A stretch of DNA of 64,000 nucleotides from the human T2T-CHM13v2.0 reference genome, Homo sapiens: assembly GCF_009914755.1 (NCBI RefSeq), contig NC_060926.1; one strand, given 5' to 3'. Of the stretch, positions 1-20,180 are shown one piece after another. Made by a program: the position numbers and the translations under genes. The notes beneath the pieces are model-generated. The model did no database searches, was not told where the DNA came from, and worked only from the letters and a program-made list of their open reading frames with translations. Within the stretch, counting starts at the first letter, position 1, and every line of letters starts with the position of its first letter.

Positions 1-2405
1 AGCCTTGAAAATCTGCAAAATGACGAGGTTGCATTGTGCAAATTGAAGCTATTATGAGAATGTTCAGGTCAAAAAAATTACCTGACAAATTCATGCACAG
101 GATCTCTCAAGGAACACAAATGTGTTCGTTGGCTTTAAAAAAATCACATTAACATTCATGTTGATATACAAAAACTCTTCTCCATCTGTTTTGTGTGAGT
201 TTTACCAAGAAACCAAACAACTGGAAGGTACCCACGTTGAAGATGGCAAAACTACCAACTGCCATTTGCATGAATTGTTGAGCATGACTAGTATTAAAAA
301 AACTTAAAAATTGATATCACTTTTGTTCCTACAAATTGGCAAAGGATTTTATAAACTAGTAAGTCAGCATTAGCAAAAGTGCGAAAATGGCACTATCAGA
401 TACTAGTGGTAAGAGCATAAACTGAATATTTTGAATACCCTACAAAACTAGGACAGTGTCCTAGAATTTGTAATGGCATAAACCAGAAACAACATAAATA
501 AAGGAACAGAATTTACAGTACTTCCATGTGATGGGATACCATGAACTCATTAATATTCAAAAAACATTTAAGTTTAAAAATGCTCAGAACTAAAGTAACA
601 TTTAAAAAACAGGCTAGCTCATCTACACACAACATAGTAACATGGTAACAATCTCATAAAAAATACTATATGTATAGAGAAAGAACCAGAAGGAAATGCT
701 CTCAAATATAAGAAATGTTAATAAGGTGGTTAGTTTTTAGTTTTCTTCACCCTGTTCAGTACTTCTGAGTATCTCCTATGAGCTCATTAATCTTTAATTT
801 TAATCATCTTATTTTTAAAAAACAAGGACCATCTTGATATATGTTTACTTTTATTAAGGAAAAAGAATCTATGAACACAGGAACAGAAATCAGGAGATCT
901 TGGCTCTCGCCCTTTCAGTGCCACAAAGCTGTTTTGTGAACCTGTAAACAATCCATTTGGAGTCTCCATGTTTCTCAATTGTAAAATGACGATGTGCTGC
1001 TTCTACATATTTCACAGGGTCATTGCAAGAATAAAATGAGACAATGAGAATGTTGGATTTACATGCTTGTATAAGAACAGAAGACCTTTTATGCCTGTAC
1101 ACAGAAGAAATGGAAATCATGACCCAAAAGGCACCAAATAACTGACTGCACACATCACTAAAAAAGCCCCAGGAAAGGCTAGCCGGTTTGTTTATCCTCT
1201 TACAAGGACCTATATGATGTGTAAGGTTTTAAGAAAACAAGGTTTGAACGTTAGACATTTCATATACTTATCTATGACTTACGACATTTAATAAGCTTGA
1301 CTTCACAAAGATTTTCTGTTATTTTGCTTGTGTTGAGAAGATACTATCACAAAAGGCTAGTGGGGTTGCCTTAACTATATGAACCATCACACAAATGTGC
1401 TCATCTAAACCAGATTTTATTCTAAATCTTTCCTGGGCTAAAAAGAGAGAGAGAGAAAAAAAAGGGCACTACTACTACCATTTCAGAAGTCTGTCGTACA
1501 TAAAAGGAACAATTTTGTTATTTCTGGCTGCCTGGGAGCAATGTATTATACTGGCAAGTGCTTTGGAGTTACACCACTGGAGTGTGAATCTCGGCTCTAT
1601 CAATAACTAGCTGTATAATAATGAGTAAGTTACCTAACCTTTCTTTATCCATTTCCTTATTTATAAAAAAGGGATTAATAATGGTACCGGCCATTCTAAG
1701 TTACTGTAATTAAATAAAATTACATTCACAAAGCACTTTTGCACATAGCCAACCCACAGTAAACACTATTAGTAACCTTAGTTCATTAACTGTTTACTGT
1801 ATACTCTAATAAATGTCTGATACACACCCACACCCACCTGCACATACACAAATGCTCATAGTAATTATGTAAGGCAAGTATTATCTCCACATTTCAGACA
1901 GGTTAACTTACACAGCTATTATAGTAAGTGATAGAGCAGAACTTAAAAACCCAGTATGATTCAGGTCCAAACTCCTTTTCTTTCTTTATATAACCATAAT
2001 ATTTCAAATTAAGTAAGATTTCCTATATAACGTCCTGCCTCTCATCATTATCATCAAAATAATTCCCCAGAGGTGTAGGTTCTTAATTAAGCATTTCTTA
2101 GTGCATAACTCTATTCAATAACATTTTTCAATTTAAGGAATAATCTAATCTCAGCTCATCTGAGGTGTGGATTAAGTGTTCTTTAAGCCTTTATATACAC
2201 GTGATCACATACGGCTCGTTTTTTCTGCTTGGGATTATAAAAATCTCCGTAACACCAAATACAGCTTTTGAAGTCACATATAAACAGATGTTGACATGTA
2301 TATTAACAAACATATATAAACAAGGTGATTTCACACGTTATCTACTTAAAAGAGGGAAGTAAAGTAGTTTTACTAAAATATGCGATTATCCACTTGCCAG
2401 CTCAC

Positions 2406-2541
2406 CTGTTAGTGGAGCCCCATGAAATGTCTGTGACCCCTGATATCCATCAGGCACCGAGTCTGGTCCATAATTCTCTGTGGGCCAACGATGATGGGAT
2501 GCTGACTTACTGCTATTTAGTTTCAACTCCTGCATTTCTTC
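2406..2541 (-). CDS. RGPD3: RGPD exon 18 (EEMQELKLNSSK...FHGAPLT); gene continues beyond the left edge
   Basis: 136 nt, tag/GTGAGC; next RANBP2-type exon not seen in 1-2400. Confidence 0.9.
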
Positions 2542-2632
2542 CTATTGGAAGAAAAAAAAATCAAATAATTTTAATCATTTAATTATATCATGCCAGAAAC
2601 AGTGCTGGGGAAACTTACTCTTTTAAATTTAA

Positions 2633-2942
<310 letters not shown>

Positions 2943-4842
2943 CTGATTATATCTTTTGAAAGTTTCTATTTGCCAATGAGTTCTAGGTACCTGGTGCTGA
3001 TTTTAAAATATGATTCTTAATTTGTTAAAAATTTATCTGCTCCCATTTTCGTTAATACAAAACTTAATTCATTAACTCTCTCACCTAAACAAATAACCTC
3101 CTAAATGATCACACCTTCATTTCCATTCTACACTTGCCTACATTAACCTGACGTTCACCTCCAGCCAAGACAATTCCCTGCTCAAAAAAACAAGTACCTA
3201 CAAACTAAACTTCTTTCCCCAACTTTCACAGTCCTCTAACATTACACTGACCATCCTTTCAGTGTGTTCTTTCTACACTGCAATCTGGACTACCTGACAT
3301 TCCAAATCACCTCCCCAAATTAGCTTTTCACTTAACCCTGTGTTCAAACAAAATACAACTAATTCTCAAGGTGATGTTCAAATGCTCCACCAGGAAAGGG
3401 AAAAAAGTAGTAGCTGCAGAGAATTTATTATGTATATAATAATACGTCCAATGCACTTAAACTCTTAATTTTTATACTATCTACACTGTTAGGTAAACAA
3501 TATTAGCTCCTATCTTAAAATGAGAGAAAGGGATGCAGGGAATAACAGCTGGAATTTGAACCACATCTGACTCCAAAAATGTTTTCTTAACACAACTCTG
3601 CTGCCTTGACAAGATGGCAGATAGATACAATGCCGTCTAGTGTAGCTATGTGGCTACCTGATCTCTGCTGAAGAAAACTAAATGACAGCACCATACCCAA
3701 CACCCTAGAACCTACAAAATGTCCCCTTACAAAACAGACACTTAACAGGAAATTCTTTTTCCAAAGAAATTGTAGTGGTATCAGAAAACAGGTAAATTTT
3801 GAAAAGTTTCAAACTTCTCTGTATCAGCCCAGGAATCCGACCAGTTCTAACAAGTGAGGTCAGGGACAGATCTAGCATGTCTGCTTTCTTTTTCTACAAG
3901 TGTTTCAAATAAAAATTTCCCAGAAAGACCTAACCATGAGGTCCAAAACTATCTCAATTTTCAAGCTAAATAAAATTTCCCCCACTCATCCATCTACAGT
4001 GCCTAGTCCAGATGCTACACATACACATCCAAGAAATAAGAAACTAGTGGAATCACCTAGAAAACTTTATGGTCACTGCTGGTATCTGCACCAGAGCTTT
4101 GAATTTGCAATCACTGCTGTAACTGTAATTTTTAACATTCAGTGTGATGAGAACTGGCTTCGATAATTCTCTCATTTTAAAGATAAGAAGCCAAACGGTC
4201 ACAAAGGAAGTGACTGGCCCAAGATCATTAATTAATGGCAGAGTCAGTACTAGTACCAAGCTTTTCAAGCTCATGGACCAGTGCTCCACTATACTTCCAC
4301 AGAATACAATGTTGGGAGCCTGAAACCTGTATGTTAAGTCAAAATTGTATGTAATTGTCATAGGCCATGACTACACAGAATTAACATTCAAGATTTTTGT
4401 GCAAATTCAAAAATGTCTTCCCCACCAAATAGTATTCTCTTAATTTGCAAATACTGCTGATCACACTGTAATAATCGCCACACATCAGCATATCTTTGAT
4501 GTAACTTTAGCAGTATAATTTAGTTCTTGCCTGATAAACATGAAAGAACCTACTTTTATTTCCAATTCCAAAAAAGTCAAGCTCCTTTGAACCCTATTGT
4601 TAAAATACGATATATATACATAACTATTTCCTTACATAATTAAGTCAAATTCATATGGAAGTATTAAAATATAGTAAGACTTTTTGAAGCTCAGACCACT
4701 TTTCAATTCCTAGCTATACATTTGAAACACATGTAATCCACAGCTAATCTGGGAATGAACTCATAGACCAGAGTATGATTAGTACATTGTAGCAGTTCAA
4801 TCACTCGGGAACCTTCTCTGTGTCAGGAACTCTTATATTTTA

Positions 4843-5561
<719 letters not shown>

Positions 5562-5695
5562 GACCAAAATGTCCCCTTGCCATACTATTTGGATGGCAAG
5601 GGGACATTCTGACCAGCTTCAGAAAAAAAGTGAGAGAGTGGCCAGGGAAGGAATCTTGGAATAAAAAGTACAGCTAGAGAAATTAAGTGACTTAC

Positions 5696-5779
5696 CTTAA
5701 TGGCCTTTACTTCTTGGCGAATCATTTTCAGTAAAGAATTCTGATCTTCTGCCCATCGAGGTGGTGTTTTGGGAGAATA
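5696..5779 (-). CDS. RGPD3: RGPD exon 17 (YSPKTPPRWAEDQNSLLKMIRQEVKAIK)
   Basis: 84 nt, tag/GTAAGT. Confidence 0.9.
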
Positions 5780-5866
5780 CTAAAAAAAAAATAAAAATAA
5801 CAAAAGAGCATTTAAAACACTTAGAAACAATTTCACAATGAAATGATTCCATTCTTTCCTGTTTAC

Positions 5867-6046
5867 CTTGTAACTTTTACTTGGTGATAGTGAATATTTG
5901 GTAGGAGATGGTGTAGAATGTTTTATTTCTGAATCCGCATTTCGCAAAGAACCATTTTTATAGAGAGGACCTCCTTCACTATAGTTTTCGAGTTCCTGCA
6001 TGACTGACTTAAGCATCTCTTTTACAGACTCCAGGGGCACAGGCAA
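5867..6046 (-). CDS. RGPD3: RGPD exon 16 (LPVPLESVKEM...SPSKSYK)
   Basis: 180 nt, ORF 5780..6046, tag/GTAAAC. Confidence 0.92.
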
Positions 6047-6988
6047 CTAAAAATAAAAGACATTAATTAAGGGCTTTCATTTGCAAAAAATTCCAAAAGT
6101 AAAAACTCTAAAATGATATATTTTATCTTATTTACATTTTTGTCACTTTAATAAGCACTTTACACTTTAAATAATAATACACGTGAAAGTGTTTTTTAAT
6201 TATCTTTTTTCTTTGTTTTTCTGCTGTTTTGTATTATTTTTATTTTTTTGTCTTTATTCTATTTTTTCTTTCATGAACACAGAAAAGTGTTGTACAATCT
6301 AACATCTTCTGATTCTAAAGTCCATGCTCTTTCTATTACTTCTGTTAACCATGATAATTGTAGAGGAATGTTAACTTGGAAAGCTTTTCCAAGTGAACAA
6401 AATAAGTTACTGATGTTTTCTAACTGATTTTCAATGGTGACAGAAATACAGATGCTACAATACACCAGACAACATAAATCCTAATAAAAGAGTAGTAACA
6501 CAAATTAACCAACAAAACACTCAGAAGACTGAACATAATTTAACATCATCATGACAATCTCAAACAGCTGACAGCAAGAAAACAAGGGCGTTCATAATGG
6601 CTGATGACGATGAGAAGAAATGCTCTTAAGTTGTCAGCAACAACTTTCAATTTCAGCAAAGTTCATTAAGAATTAGTCCTGAGGTTATAATATTTGTTTT
6701 GATTACACTGCTAAGATAACAAAATCAATGTCTTATCTTAGAAATCTTTTCTAATTCCCCAAGAAGTACTTTTTAAGAGCATATACCTAGATTCCCAAGT
6801 TTAAAAAGACACACCAAACCTAAGACAAAGCAAGCAAATCTAAGCATTTAGACACACACATCCCTTCTGTGCATTAATAACAACATATTACTGAGTATTT
6901 TTTGAAATTACCAAAATATAAGACCAACGCAAAAACACTGACCAGTGGGTTATCAGTAAGAACGTACATACAACAACCTGCTACTTAC

Positions 6989-7135
6989 TTTCTTGACCAC
7001 TGAAAGATTTGAATCACTGTCATCTAAAATCTTTATTAGGTAGCCCCTGGTCTTTCTCAGATAATTTTTGCATTCTTCTTGTTCTTCAGGAGAAAGGGCA
7101 TCATTTGCAATGTCTTCTGCCTTCCTGTGAAAAAT
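6989..7135 (-). CDS. RGPD3: RGPD exon 15 (IFHRKAEDIAND...NLSVVKK)
   Basis: 147 nt, tag/GTAAGT. Confidence 0.9.
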
Positions 7136-7397
7136 CTATACAAATAGTGCTTTTATGAAATCATTAGCTTTTTAAAACAAAAAACTTTCAGCTTGGCCAC
7201 GCATGGTGGCTCATGCCTGTAATCCCAGCTACTCGGGAGCTGAGGCACAAGAATCGCTTGAGCCTGGGAAGCAGAGGTTGCAGTGAGCCAAGATTGTGCC
7301 ACTGCACTCTAGCCTGGCCAGCAGAGAAACCCCATCTTTTAAAAGAAATAATAAATAAATAAATAAAACTTTTAGCTCAAGTACTGCATCTACTTAC

Positions 7398-7535
7398 CAG
7401 TGCAAGATTCCAATAAGAAACAACACTTTTTATAGATTCAAAAGCAGTCATAGCATCTTCTATATTTCCATTTACTGCATCCAATATAGCAAAAGTTACG
7501 TGTGCGTCTTCTTCATATTCAACAATTTCTGATGC
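7398..7535 (-). CDS. RGPD3: RGPD exon 14 (ASEIVEYEEDAHVTFAIL...SYWNLAL)
   Basis: 138 nt, tag/GTAAGT. Confidence 0.9.
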
Positions 7536-7801
7536 CTAAACACACAGAATAGTTTTTAGTCAAATTGTTTATACTCAGAATATAAAACCCAAATGATTTT
7601 CCAAAGATTTTATATGATCTTAAGAGACAAACATCTCATTATTCTTCTCTGTCATATCTTATCTGTGAGAGCTAGTGAATTTAGAAAACAAGATTACCGT
7701 TAAATAACAAGGCAATTAATTTAAGCAGTGTATAGCTCCATGTCTTTGTTTATAAACTGGAAATTCCCATCTCCAATAAATTCATAAAGGAACTCTGTTA
7801 C

Positions 7802-7963
7802 CTGAATGTCTACACTATGAAAATGTTTAAACAGAGGATCAATAGGTTCAGGAATACTGTTCTTCTTTTTTATTATCTTCAACAATGGCAAAACTTTCTT
7901 CCAATAATGAACACTTCTCCCTATGTATTCTCGTTGATCATAAAAAGAATTAAGACCGCTGCC
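7802..7963 (-). CDS. RGPD3: RGPD exon 13 (GSGLNSFYDQREY...FHSVDIQ)
   Basis: 162 nt, tag/GTAACA. Confidence 0.9.
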
Positions 7964-8883
7964 CTAAAAAAGAAAGTTAAAAGCACACAACTTTAAGGAA
8001 CACGCATGATTAGATCTAAAGTTCATTTACAAGTTGTAAGAACTGGCTAAAATTTCAAGTCAAAACCAAATGGTACCTCAATAGTCATTTGTTCAACTTC
8101 CAAATACTGTAATAACTAAACCACCTTAATACCAGTGAACTCACTGCAACCTCTGCCGTGCAGGTTCAAGCAATTCTCCTGCCTCAGCTTCCCAAGTAGC
8201 TGGGATTACAGGCACCTGCCACCATGTCTGGCTAATTTTGTAGTTTTAGTAGAGTTTTTTTTGTATTTTTAGTAGAGACGGGGTTTCACCGTGTTAGCCA
8301 GGAATGATCTCGATCTCCTGACCTTGTGATCTGCCCGCCTCGGCCTCCTAACGTGCTGGGATTACAGGTGTGAGCCACCGCACCCGGCCTCTACACTCAA
8401 CTTTTAAATGCTTCTAATGATACCACCCTAACGTAGCAATCCCAACTGCTTTTTAACAGTTGCCATTTTTAGATAGCTGAAACCTGCCTCTTCTGTAGTG
8501 TCAGTTTGTTCAAAAGGCTGACCATCTACACCTAATGGTGACACAAAACACACCTTAAATATTTAGAAAGATCTATAATGGTCTTACCTACAAAGCCTTG
8601 TGCTAATTTTTTTTTAATTTTCAGGCTGAATAATTATCAGAACTTAATTATTAAGGAATAACAGTAACAGCTCAGCTAATATGTAACATTCACTGTGTGC
8701 CAGGCATTGCTCCTCTAAGTGCTTATATTTAACTACATTAACTATTTTGCAGCAATAAAAAACACATCTGTCATAATATGACAAAGCTGCTGTTTTCAGA
8801 ACAAAAAAACTTTCAATAAAAAGTTCATGATTTTAAAAAATTAAGGTAATGTTCTTTTAAAATGCTTATACTTTAAAACTCAC

Positions 8884-9007
8884 CATTTTCTGAAGGCATT
8901 TTGCCCAATGTACAAGCAGAGCAGGTTGAAGGCCATGTTTTTCCTGGGCTCTTAGAGTGTTTATTTCATGCTGAACTAGAAGTCTCAATTTTGCTGAGTT
9001 TCCAGGT
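8884..9007 (-). CDS. RGPD3: RGPD exon 12 (PGNSAKLRLLVQHE...HWAKCLQKM)
   Basis: 124 nt, tag/GTGAGT. Confidence 0.9.
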
Positions 9008-9174
9008 CTAAAAAATAGTTCAATTTACTAAAATTGCTTTCTAAATACACAGTTCAGCGCTTACATACATATATGTTAATGGGTCACATGACAAATTAAA
9101 TCTTCACACGAGGATTAAATCCCCGGTAAAACCTACGCACTAAGTGAAAGCAATATTTTTGTTTTACTACTTAC

Positions 9175-9350
9175 ACTGCTTTTCTGTGAATCAGAGTACA
9201 AACCGCATCCCACCAAGATTTTTGTCTTTCTGTACAAAGCTGTTTACACACAGGAAGGGGCAGGCATAACGGCTGATAGGAGCTGTGGTGAGAATTACAT
9301 TTCTCCTTTAATTGTAAGTGGCTGGTATATACTACTCCAAGGAGAAATAC
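9175..9350 (-). CDS. RGPD3: RGPD exon 11 (VFLLGVVYTSHL...LIHRKAV)
   Basis: 176 nt, ORF 9171..9359, cag/GTAAGT. Confidence 0.92.
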
Positions 9351-9433
9351 CTGTTTCATTTAAGGAAAAGTTAAGTTAGAAAAAAAAATTAAACAAAATT
9401 CAGAATATTTAATTTGTTAAAATCTTTGCTTAC

Positions 9434-9615
9434 TTCAAGATCTAAAATACATATTGATTCAGGTGCATTTGTTTCAAGCCTTGAGGTTTCCTGGGGCAAA
9501 TGATGGAAAAGCTGTTTTAGCCATTTTCGGATTCCAGGTAAAGCAGGCAATGAATTCCACTGTAAGCCAAGCCAAGTAAGGTGCTGAAGACTACCATTAT
9601 GTGCTCGAATAGCAC
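9434..9615 (-). CDS. RGPD3: RGPD exon 10 (GAIRAHNGSLQHLTW...ICILDLE)
   Basis: 182 nt, cag/GTAAGC. Confidence 0.9.
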
Positions 9616-10058
9616 CTGAAATAAAATAAAAAAATTGGCTTAAGGGTTTGAAATTTTTCCTTGTGCCATTAGTTTTGCCAACATAAACAATTCACATTAT
9701 ATATATCTTAATTATATAACTGCTTTTCTATATCAAAGCTGGAGGGAATTCTATGTTAGGCAAAATCTCATGTTCTTATTAAATGCATTCTCACTTGATT
9801 ATTTCTAGAAATTTTAATAAAAATAGTAGTGATGAAGAATGTTTAAGTCCATCTTAAAAAATGACACTGACTAGAACTCAATAAACCAAAATCAACTGAC
9901 AAAAGCCAAATAAAGAACACCTAACCTAATAAGAAACCCCAAAACAATGGGTTTTCCTTTAAGTCATTAAAGCAATGGAACACCACTATATAATCCATCA
10001 GTACAGTAAAGAAATCTGTTTTTCTACAAGAAAGTCAATATTGAAAAGGTTATGCGCA

Positions 10059-12642
<2,584 letters not shown>

Positions 12643-12714
12643 GAATTATTTCCAGGCCTTGTTCCCAGAGATTTTTATGCCATAGGTTTACAGTAAGCAA
12701 TCAAAAAATCATAG

Positions 12715-13070
12715 TCCTCGGATAAAGTACTGATACATGCTATAACACAGATGAACCTTGAAAACCTTGCTAAATGAAAGAAGCCAGTCACAAAAGACCA
12801 CATACTATATGATTCCATTTATGTGAAATGTTCAGAAGAGGCAAACCTACAGAGACAGATTAGCGGTTGCCAAGGCTGAGAGGTTTGGGTAAAATGGGGA
12901 GTAACTGCTAATAGGTAAGGAATTCCTCATGGAGTGATGAAAATCTTCTAAAACTGACTGTGGTGACAGTGATAATACTCTATGAACATAGTAAAAGCCA
13001 CTGAACTGTACACTTTAAATGGGTGAAGCGTATGGTATACGAATTATATTTCAATTGAACTTTTTAAAAA
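12715..13070 (+). mobile_element. L1MB-like 3' UTR fragment
   Basis: gtactgatacatgcta...atgaaccttgaaa...gaaagaagccagtcacaaaagaccaca...ctgaactgtacactttaaatgggtgaa. Confidence 0.8.
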
Positions 13071-14053
13071 AACCCTCCTTCGAGTTAATTCTGCTGGGCA
13101 ATTAGGTTTGGTTACCACTACACAGTTGTGTCTCAGCACACTTACAGAGGCACCCTCGGGATGCCCAGATCAAAGATATAAAAAAAAATACAGGCAATTT
13201 TTATCTAACTGTGACACCATGCAAAGGCACTTATGAGAGCCCTGCAAGGGTAGAAGGAAAAGAGAAAAGGAAAAAAGTAGAAAGTCACTTTAAGGACTGA
13301 AAGCCTAACTCCCACAAAAAAAGTGGGCTATGGAATAAAAGAGCAATGTGAGCTTTGGCCAACAGCCTAACTATACACCAAAGCTTATAATAACTTTGAT
13401 TAATATTACATCTTGCTCTTTACAAAATTCATCCAATTTTATATCAGAACTGCTCCTTATAGAAAGCATTATGTTTCTTCAGTTCACTGCTTGATTCAAT
13501 GGCCATCTAACTACCTTAAAGTTTGTATCTTAGCAAAATCACAGGTAATACGCAACAGACCTTTAGGATTCATCCCAAGCCAAAAATGGGGGAAAAAATC
13601 CACAAATTCCAAGAGCCTAATATAAGGTAAGTATATATCTTCTATCTTCCTCACTATGCTCTCAGTTCTTTAAGACAGATGCGTATCTTCTTCATCTTTA
13701 TATCCCCACAGCAGTGTTTTTAGAATCAGCTGGTGTTAAATGGTTGGCAAATCAATAATTATACTTAGTTCAGGAAGTGACTAAATATTCAGGATAGAGG
13801 CTCTAGCAGCCAGATGAAGAAAGAGTTAAGAAATCCTCTCCACATAGGAACAAACAATATCAAATATTCATTTTTTTTAAAGAATGTGCTATTTCTTCGC
13901 ATCTCTTCCATACCTATTGCTCTTAACTGATACGGCGAAAAGAAATAATTTTGACAAATTATCTCCTGGACAGACTGAGATTTTATCATAAGATATGCCT
14001 TAACAGAAATTCCTTTTTCTTTTTAAATTAAATTAGTTTAATATTACTATTAC

Positions 14054-14141
14054 CTGATTGGCTCAGTCGGTCACAGGCCATCATTTCCAGCAGATTTTGT
14101 CCAGCTTCACCTTTTATTAATTTAATCTTTGGTCTTGGAAC
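14054..14141 (-). CDS. RGPD3: RGPD exon 8 (VPRPKIKLIKGEAGQNLLEMMACDRLSQS)
   Basis: 88 nt, tag/GTAATA. Confidence 0.9.
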
Positions 14142-14323
14142 CTAATAATTTTAGAATCAAAAATCTTAATTTGATGATACCCATACTTCTAATAGTAACA
14201 TGGTCTTATCTATTACACTGTACTTTTTTTGATAATGAATGAACAGTTAACCATTAATTAAACTGAATTGGAAAAGACTGCAAAAACTGGGAACCAAGGA
14301 ATTTGTATAACCTATGAAAGATA

Positions 14324-14622
14324 GGCCAGGTACAGGCGTGGTGGCTCACACCTGTAATCCCAACACTCTGTCTGGGAGGCCAAGGTGGGCTGATCACTTG
14401 AGGTCAGGAGTTCGAGACCAGCCTGGCCAACATGGTGAAACACAGTCTCTACTAAAAATAAAAAAAAAAAACAAAGAGCCAGGCGTGGTGGCACACACCT
14501 GTTAATTCCAGCTACACGGGAGGCTGAGGCACAAGGATAGCTTGAACCTGGGAGGCAGAGGTTGTAGTGCGCCGAGACTGTGCCATTGCACTCCGGCCTG
14601 GGTGAAAGAGTGAGACTCCATC

Positions 14623-14660
<38 letters not shown>

Positions 14661-14966
14661 GGCCAGACATGTTGGCTCACACCTGTAATCCCAGCACTTT
14701 GGGAGGCCAAGGTGGGGGGATCACTTGAGCCCAGAGTTCAAGACCAGCCTGAACAACACGGTGAGACCCTATCTCTAAAAAAAGTTTTTTTTAATTAGCC
14801 AGGCATGGTGGCACACACCTGTGGTCCCAGCTACTCAGGAGGCTGAGGCAGGAGGATCACTTAAATCCAGGAGGTCAAGGCTGCAGTGAGCCATGATCAT
14901 GCCACTGTGCTCCAGCTTGGGCGACAGAGTGAGACCCTATCTCCAACAAAAGAAAAAAAAAAAAAA
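14324..14966 (+). mobile_element. Two tandem Alus
   Basis: Alu consensus motifs and A-tails. Confidence 0.9.
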
Positions 14967-16385
14967 GCATACACAGAGCAGCTCTGAGAAATTAGTTTCT
15001 ACTAAAAGCACATTCATGTTACATTCAGAGAAATGGAAAATTTAATTACATTACTTTTCTACCCTGCATAAATAGGACAACAGCAGATGTTGTCCTATTT
15101 GAGTAGATATGACACCCTACTTTAAAAAGTACAGGTGAAATGACACTTGGAAATGCCACATTGTAGATAACACATTTTCAGAGTATGGATAATAGGGGAT
15201 AGCACTGGAATAAATGGGACAACCAGGAAATTAAAGAGATCCTAATGCAATAACCTATGAAAAAAAAAAAAAAAGCATGATGAATAGAATGGCGAAGGGA
15301 AGACGTGACAGCTGCCTTCAAATATTAAAATTATTTTATAAAAGAAATCATCAAAAGAAGAAACAAGACCAACAGGTAGAAGGCTTGAAGAATATTTTTA
15401 TTCTATATAAGGAAGTACCAAGAGCCAAACCACCTAAAGATGCACTGGGCTATCTTGAAAAGTAATGAATGTCCATCACTGAAAACGTCCAGTCATAGGC
15501 AATGCCCACTTACTAGAAACATGCCAAAAGTAACTATATGGGTGACTAGAGCATCGGCTTTTAATTCTATCACCACTTTCTTAATTGGTGGTGGAAATGT
15601 AATTTGATACAACCTCTTTAGGGTTAGATATTTGGCAACAGCTCTAAAAATTATAAATGCACAGATATACTTTGATACTGCAATTCTTTCAGGAATTCAT
15701 GGCACAAGTTAATCATTGCTAAATTACTTGAAGTAGCATTTTAAAAAAAAAGTAAAAGCAAGCTAATGTCCTGGCTTTAGGACCCTGGTTTTAAAAACTC
15801 CAAAACTACAGTACATCCATACAATGGAATAATATGCAAGCATCCAAACTAATGAGAATACCCTTTATATATACTGACATGGAAACATCTCCAAGATACA
15901 GTTAATGGAAATAAAGTAAATGCAATGTTCAAACGTTTTCCTCCTTCTTTTAAAGACAGGGGATATATGTGTGTTTACTTGGAGATGCATAAAACATTTC
16001 CTGAAGAACACACAAGAAAGCAATAACATTAGTTTCTTTGGGGGTGGAGAAAGTAAATAACTAGGGAACAGAAAGGAGTCTTCATAGCATATTCTTAAGA
16101 GCCGCCAGAATTTTAAACCATGTATATATAATTCTTTCCAAATATGCTCATTTTTCAAAATATATGATTTATGAACCTAAAAGCTTCTGATTTTGAATTT
16201 TAGAAATATTCGTATCGCCTATCCTTTTACTCACAAGTTTTCTAAACATCATGTCAAAGTTTGTCATCTATATGTTGAAAAGAGCACACAAAATAAGAAA
16301 CAAAATGTTGACATCATTCTTTTTGTTTTCAAACTGACCTCAATTCATAAACCCGGCCTCTTTTACAAAATTATTCAATAGTTGA

Positions 16386-16652
<267 letters not shown>

Positions 16653-17302
16653 TGACCATGTTGGTCAGGATGGTCTCAAACTCCTGACCTCAAGTGATCC
16701 GCCCGCCTCAGCCTCCCAAAGTGCTAAGATTATAGGCGTGAGCCACCATGCCTAGCTATTTCCTCATCTTAACTAAAAGGTTTCAAGATACTTTGTCAAC
16801 TACCTAGCTGCAATGCAGATGTACTTACTAGAACCACAGTATTCCTCTGATTAAGAGTCTGAAAATCTTGCCATAAAAGTTAGCCAATTCTTACATACCC
16901 AAATGCCAGCACATAACCTACATTTTATGCTTATAATCATTTGATCATTAAGCTTTAAAATAAACTGATAAAATAAAATACAAGCATCTAAGATGTTTCT
17001 ATTATATATTCATTCTACAGAAATATGTGGTAGTTAATAAAGACTGAGGTAGGTATCTCTGTGCTGAAGTGGAACAATGAAGAAACATTTAGAAAAGCAA
17101 GGCATCTGGCAATAGGTAAAGCACACCCACATTGAGGCACAATATTTTTTAAAAGCAGAGAAAGAATGTATTGCACATTTGCATATGCAAAAAATATTTC
17201 TGAACACCCAAGAAACTCCTAACAGTAGCTGTCATCTAGGAAAGGAGACCTGAGTGAATGGATTAAGAGGGAAACTAACTTATTATGATTAAAAGTTCAC
17301 AG

Positions 17303-19727
<2,425 letters not shown>

Positions 19728-20180
19728 TCATAAATGTTATATACATGTGTTTCAATTAACATGTTAAACTGCAATCATATTCTTCTATCATAGGCTATAA
19801 AGCCATTGCCCTACATCTACTTATTAGGATTTTGTCCAAGTAACACATCTTTTTGAATCAAGTTTACCCATCATACGAGATTACATCTTTATCATGTTCC
19901 CAAAAATGGCAGAGTAAAAAGATCAAACTCTTCAAATTTGTCTACAAACAAATCATGGCAATGCAGGCTTTCGACAAGAGTGCACTCAACATCCCTGTTT
20001 CACCAGCCTCACCAGTATTGTGTATGCTTAGTTATTTTCCACTGTATCAAATTGACTATTTCATTTCAACTTTAATTCCACAGGTTTGTTCACATATTGT
20101 CATTACATACCAGAGCACACCTTCATTTAAAACACATCAAGACTCCGTGAAATGTCAATTGCTCCAAGTGGAAGACTTAC

